A stretch of 55,350 bases of DNA, counting the filler, from Platydemus manokwari (Eukaryota), in assembly GCA_037951405.1 (NCBI GenBank). It is 5 parts of 5 records of this genome, joined end to end, with 100 filler letters (N's around TTAATTAATTAA, not from the genome) between each part and the next. Parts side by side here need not be neighbours in the genome. Positions count along the whole stretch, not along the records: positions 44,054 to 55,350 come from JBBMOY010787758.1; 4 more parts are not named here. The stretch is one strand, 5' to 3'. Positions within the stretch are counted from its first letter, which is position 1. Each line of letters begins with the position of its first letter. Positions 49,836 through 55,350 of the stretch are shown piece by piece. The translations under genes were made by a program, and so were the position numbers. Below the pieces are notes generated by a model, which saw only the letters and a program-made list of their open reading frames with translations, had not been told where the DNA came from and did not search any database.

Positions 49836-52800
49836 CCCTTTTACCTCTATTGTTTTGTAATGTTTATTATTAATAATAAATGAATTGCTTTTATGTATTG
49901 TCAGAAATCGCTAATTATTCTTGCTTATAATTTGGTTTAAAATAGATGGACTTTGTAGTGAAAACATAATAAATAAACAAATAATAAACAGAAAATAATA
50001 ACAAATAAGGTAAGATTAAAAATTGATTTAAAATCAATAATATAAAATAGAAAAAATGAAACATCAGAATTGCTCTATGCAAAGAAAATCAAAAAACAAT
50101 GTCCCACCTCTAAAAACAAATCTTGCAAGTTGAATTGACGAAGATAATTTAACATTCCACAAATTCAGTCAGAACTCGGTGATTATTATACAATCAAGCA
50201 TCACATGCTCTGGAAGATATGTTCTATGGTAAATTGATATTCTATACATTGTACCTTTTCTGCAATTTGTACAATCACGAATAAGAGAAAGAATGAGCAA
50301 ATCAGTTTTAAAACTGCTTGGACTCAGGAACGAAAGGAAACAAAAATGGTAGATCAATAAATCTAGAAAGATACATCACTCATTACAGAGTGAATAAATC
50401 AGAAGTTCTTGGGATAATCACAATCCTTGTATTTTTTTATCTTCGATCTACTCACTATGTTAGTAGAGTACTAGTCTACCTATGCTCTCCAAACATAACT
50501 GTGAATGCTGGAACATAACTGCTATCCCAATAAAGAAGAAGCAGGTTAAATAAATAACTCATTTCAAGACACTCATACCTCCATTATCATTAGCCTCCAT
50601 CCGCATGCTAACAACTTAGTGCCCAACGAATATTCTTATGCTATCAATAGCAAATGAAATTATAAAATTGCGAGAATTAATTTCCAATCTTTATTAGATT
50701 CCATCACTTAAACATGTAGCAACTACCAGCAGACTAGTGAATTCAGAATATTATAATATCGAATACAGGTAATACCCTCATTGAAAATGAAAATAAAAGA
50801 ACTCATCGATGTCGGTATTGAAGAAAAATTCAAATTCCACACGCCATCTAATTCTCAAGTTGATCCTAGTGATGTAATGCATAGATTATTAGGGAAACTA
50901 TTTCACTTATAAAGCAGTTATCAAAAGAAACCTGGCATGTCTTTCATTATCCCCTAAAATACGTGGAGAATCTACTCAGTTAGTGTGTAGGGTCTTTCAG
51001 AACATCAAAAAAGAATTCCGTCAAATGAACATTATTGTGAATAATATATACATTTGGCCTGTCAACTAAACAAAGCGCAATCAAAGTAATTTGCGATATT
51101 AATCTGTTAAATTTATTGATTTAAAATTCTGAAAATGTTCCGATTCAATTTTCTGACAATTTGTAACTCATGAAAATTCTACAAAGGCTTTTTTAAGTAC
51201 TTTTATAAACAAGGTATATTATTTTTTATAAATGTGTTAGAAATCAAACATGAGAAATCAATTAAACGCGTATAAAGGGTAATTTTGTAAAAATACTTAA
51301 AGCATAAAATATTGTAATTATTAAAATCTAAAAATGAGTAAATTTTTAATGGAGACAAAGACTATGATCTATAAATATTATGGGGTGTAAATATAGAAGC
51401 GGTGAAATATTTGAAGACTTTTTTAGACGAACTGAATATTTATTTTCGTTTATCTTATTGATTTCATTGTGAAGAAGTAAGAAATTGAGAGAATCAATTT
51501 AATTATGTAGGCGATTAAATAAATATTCTTCCACCATTTCCTTAAATCTAAAATATTTTACTGGCGGGTATTTACACCTTCATCAATTGACTGTAGAAAA
51601 AATTCAGAAAATAAACTACACACTTCACGAAGAATTAAACGAGTTTATTTATTACTTTGAAACATAATTATTGTCAAGGAGCTATTCTCATTTTTATGAT
51701 TCTCTTATTTCCAGTTGTCTCTACGATAAAGAACACATAAACGGTGTGTCAGCTGATAATCCTTTTACATTTTTTTATTGCTTTTCATTGTTGTAATTTT
51801 TATACCCAATGAAAGTATTTCGGCATTATTTCTCTGTTCTTGTTACTTATTGATTACATATAAAATATGGACGTAATTTAAAATATAAATATATTTATTG
51901 ATACAGATACTTCTGATAGTGACTTTGACAGTATAAGTGAATTGCATACCGAATATGAAAAGAAATACTAGTAAATTTCAAAATAACAGATTTAAAGGTA
52001 ATTAGTTAAAAGCTATTAGTGTAATCACTAGACCGAATGTCTAACGGGTATGATTGAAATGATCTAATTGAAATGCATCAAAAACTTAACATAAAATCAT
52101 TGGATGAGTTATAAGAAATAGTACAGCGGTTGCAAAAATAGAAACATTGATAAATAAAGATTTCCATGAAAGTAATATAAGGAAATTCATAGATAAATAT
52201 CAGCGATTAAGATAAACGAAAGAAGTATATGCTTTAAAATTATAAAAATACACAGACTAGATATAACTTAAATTATAGATTTTTGATGTTTAAAATACCA
52301 CTGATAAAAGATCAATCAACATTACACAGTGACATACTCTGAGTGTGATACATGAGCTGGTACAAAAGTGCGTCCACTAGAGGTTACTTACGGAAAAAGA
52401 TACTCACTTACTAAGACAATTTCACGTAAATAATCCGGGTATTTTGGAATCTCAGTAGTCAAAGTAACAATATGTGAGTCATAAAGATCCTGATTTGTAT
52501 GCAAAAAAAGTCGAATTAAATAATATATCTTACTTAATTACAGAATAACACCCGATAGGTGATTAGTGTCAAGTGAAACGTGAGTTATAAAGACAATAAC
52601 TTGAATTCAATCCAGAATAAGATTTTAAAAAAACGAAGCAACAATTGTGACATTTGAAATTGAAATGATAGACATGATTATCGCATATGTTATAAACCAG
52701 GTTATAATAATTTACCCAGAAATATAAATAGTTGTCTTGGAAACAGAAGCAATCGAGTTTTCACGAATAATATTTATCGAGGGATGACATTGCTATGATA

Positions 52801-53479
52801 TAACAATAAGTATAATAGTATGGATAATACACTTTTCAGTACATTTATTTTAGACAACCCTAGTAGTAACTTTGAGGATAGATATGATAGAGGATAAACT
52901 ATTTATTACGACAATGACTCTAATAATAATTATTATAAACAACCAAATTATAATAGTAAATTCTTAAAAAAATAGGCAAACGGATGAGGTAAAATTATTA
53001 AAGAATTTCTTGTATATGAATCATAAATGGATTTCATAAGAACTAAATACAACACAGTGCAAGGAAACTGTTAAAAACTAGGTGATTAATTATAAAACTT
53101 AAATTAAATATTGTTAAATAGTAATGTCAGGTAAAATTTAAAATCTATAAGAACTACGAGATTCTCGATTTTAATAGAATAAAAAAATGGCAAAAAATAA
53201 AGGTGTAAGCATTTTTCTTAACGATGGATTTTTGCAATTGTTGATTGAGTAAAATAAGGTTACTTTGCATCTCATCCGGGTCATTTGCAAAGAATAATTG
53301 AAGCAGGTATTCGAGGGAATTGATACGATATTATATATAATATGAAATTAAAATGATAACAATCGATTAAAATATGTTTGTGACTGTTCTGACGACGGTA
53401 TTTATGTCGATCATTTCATTCTCACTCATTGTTGTTAAAATCGCTTTATTTCTGTAAATTATCGATCATTAAAATTTGT

Positions 53480-53620
53480 TAGGCATGATGCTACTATCAT
53501 GACTCATGATTTGCTGGTAACAAAAGCAAATTGCTTTTGTCAAATGTTTGACCATGAAAAAACTGTGACCAATGGATGGATTCATAGATTCAAGAAAAGA
53601 TATGGCAAAAGCCTCGTTAT
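53480..53620 (+). mobile_element. Tigger/pogo CENP-B-type HTH transposase fragment
   Basis: MTHDLLVTKA...TNGWIHRFKKRYG matches the CENP-B HTH GWL.RFKKR.G motif; no DDE domain follows. Confidence 0.75.
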
Positions 53621-54446
53621 AAGCCGTTCGTGGATGAAGTGGATAAATTTAAAGAGAGATTTGAGGCACTTATTACCAGACTTCCGAAGAAGCAGAGATC
53701 AACTATGGACTTTCTTGAAAAAAATAAAGAAATAATTATAATTTAATGATTTTTTATATCCTTTCATGTTTTTGAATTATATACCAATCATAAATATCGG
53801 GAAATTGGCAACTATCTGACTATCCAAAATTGGTTACGCGCTACAAAAATTATTACCCTAAGGATGGATAGAAAGTCATTTATTTTTATTTAATATTAAA
53901 TCAACGATAATAATAACGGCAAAAACAATTTATGTTATAGTCGTGTAATGAAATCCCACTTAAGCGATCATGACTGCTTTATCTAACTTATATTAAGAGG
54001 AATTTTGAAGTTTCGTAAATTATTAACTAAATATCACTAAATCTTTGTTTAGTTCGAAATTATTTTAGAAATCTATTCATCCAAGATATAATTCATGTTA
54101 CTGAACTTTTAAAATGGATTGTAATAGTATGAGTGCTCTAATAATATTGGTTAATATTACATAATCACATATTTTCGTTTTGTTTGATTGATGCTCACTG
54201 CTCATCAACCATTATGATTAATTTTTCAAATAAACTAATTTATCCGATATCACTCCAGAACACCGATATTTCAAAATATGAGCGGATGTTTATCAAATAT
54301 GATAAGATAATTATTTAAATATCTCAATAAACAGTCAACATACTCATCTTGATATTAGCAAACAATTTAATATCGAATATAAAATCAAATGTTTAACAAA
54401 ATACATAAATCATATTATGAGAACAAACATATTATTTACAGCTTTA

Positions 54447-54757
54447 TCAGTTGAACATATTATAATTATGTCTCGGTCGAAAATTGGTTGTTCTGTTTGG
54501 AAAGTGTAGGCCACCGCGAGGAAACTGATTTCGATAATTATAATGCTGATAGCTCATTCTGTTTATATTATTGGTATTGTGGGGATCAGTGAAACGATAG
54601 TTTATATTTTGTTGTGATGTCGATTGATTATACAAATGATATCGATCTGATGGAGGCGGAGGTCGAGAGCTTCTGACATTAATATTTTGTTGATTAAAAT
54701 TATAATTCCGATCCATTTCTTCTTCTACGTCGCCGTAGAGATTGAGTAATTCGGATT
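54447..54757 (-). CDS. Probable terminal coding exon (N/R/Q/Y/P low-complexity tail) of a gene extending to the right
   Basis: Frame stays open upstream of the track's Met to a TCTAG acceptor at 54758 (ESELLNLYGDVEEEMDRNY...). GC-enriched, prion-like composition. Upstream exons not resolved. Confidence 0.5.
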
Positions 54758-55350
54758 CTAGATTGTAATGAAAAATTTTATAATTTCTTATTATTTATAA
54801 TATAAAAATGAAAAATATGTAAAAATCGAGTAAAACTAGATAAGCATTGCAATCTCTAAGTAACAATTATCGACTTAATAATTCTTTCACATTTTAACGA
54901 TAGGCGAATATAAAAAATGCTTATAAAATAGACTATCGCGTTTCTTCGCATATTAAGCATTATAAGGCAGACTAACACAATTAAAATGATGCTTTATATT
55001 TGTAAAGTTTTCGTTTATATAAAACTGAAGTCAAACAATAAAGTATTTCTCGTGATTCACAGAAAATCAATGATGATATATTAAATAATTTAGCTAAAAT
55101 CATGATTTTAGAATTTATTTTATACCAAAACTGAAGACTCTCTCACAATCCAGAATTGGACTTTTGTGGTATGAAGTGATTTATTTGTTTCTGAAATGAA
55201 AATACTTCATGTAATACACAACCCAGTTATTAATTAAGAATTAGTTCTTCATAAAATAAACCAAATATTTTAGAAACTAAAAAAAATAATTTTTAATTAA
55301 ACCAATAAAATAACTTTACAACCTTAAATAAATGAACCGATAATTCAACA

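Noticed and set aside
50050-52980. Coding-like decayed tracts (also 18000-18600, 38480-39280, 40000-40500)
   Set aside because: Probably TE debris, but I could not recognise motifs with confidence.
55125-55230. LGCVLHE kinase-like word and possible upstream exon of the right-edge gene
   Set aside because: Bounded by in-frame stops, and splice phases do not join the 54757 exon.
1-55350. CRISPR arrays, tRNA/rRNA genes, prokaryotic operons
   Set aside because: None seen; the sequence is eukaryotic with spliceosomal introns.

Overview
AT-rich eukaryotic (animal) genomic scaffold with very short introns (42-54 nt) and four artificial 100-nt gap spacers; composition and gene content are most consistent with a planarian/triclad flatworm (inference). 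Conserved genes: a 3-coding-exon TRAF-like gene (RING, zf-TRAF, coiled coil, MATH; minus, 41502-42996) and an 8-exon MTA-family NuRD subunit (BAH, ELM2, SANT, GATA-ZF, C2H2; minus, 45154-49001) that appears to lack the usual C-terminal tail. A probable terminal exon of another gene lies at the right edge. The left and middle parts hold intronless genes I do not recognise: (i) three paralogous 50-53 aa acidic Glu/Val/Lys/Thr microproteins (608-769 +, 3981-4142 +, 7999-8151 -; two missed by the ORF track) plus a decayed fourth copy, all with a conserved TATA-Inr promoter; (ii) a 117-aa secreted helical protein; (iii) a 382-aa secreted protein of four 90-91 aa modules, each with invariant palindromic Cys spacing Cx10Cx10Cx10Cx7Cx10Cx10Cx10C, predicted to be disulfide-laddered helical hairpins. 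Intergenic DNA is full of decayed transposons: RLE-type non-LTR, Gypsy pol, solo LTR with TSD, mariner, pogo/Tigger, hAT MITE and a foldback. There is also a possible GT7 glycosyltransferase pseudogene and a 94-nt hairpin upstream of MTA whose mismatches are all G-U compatible.
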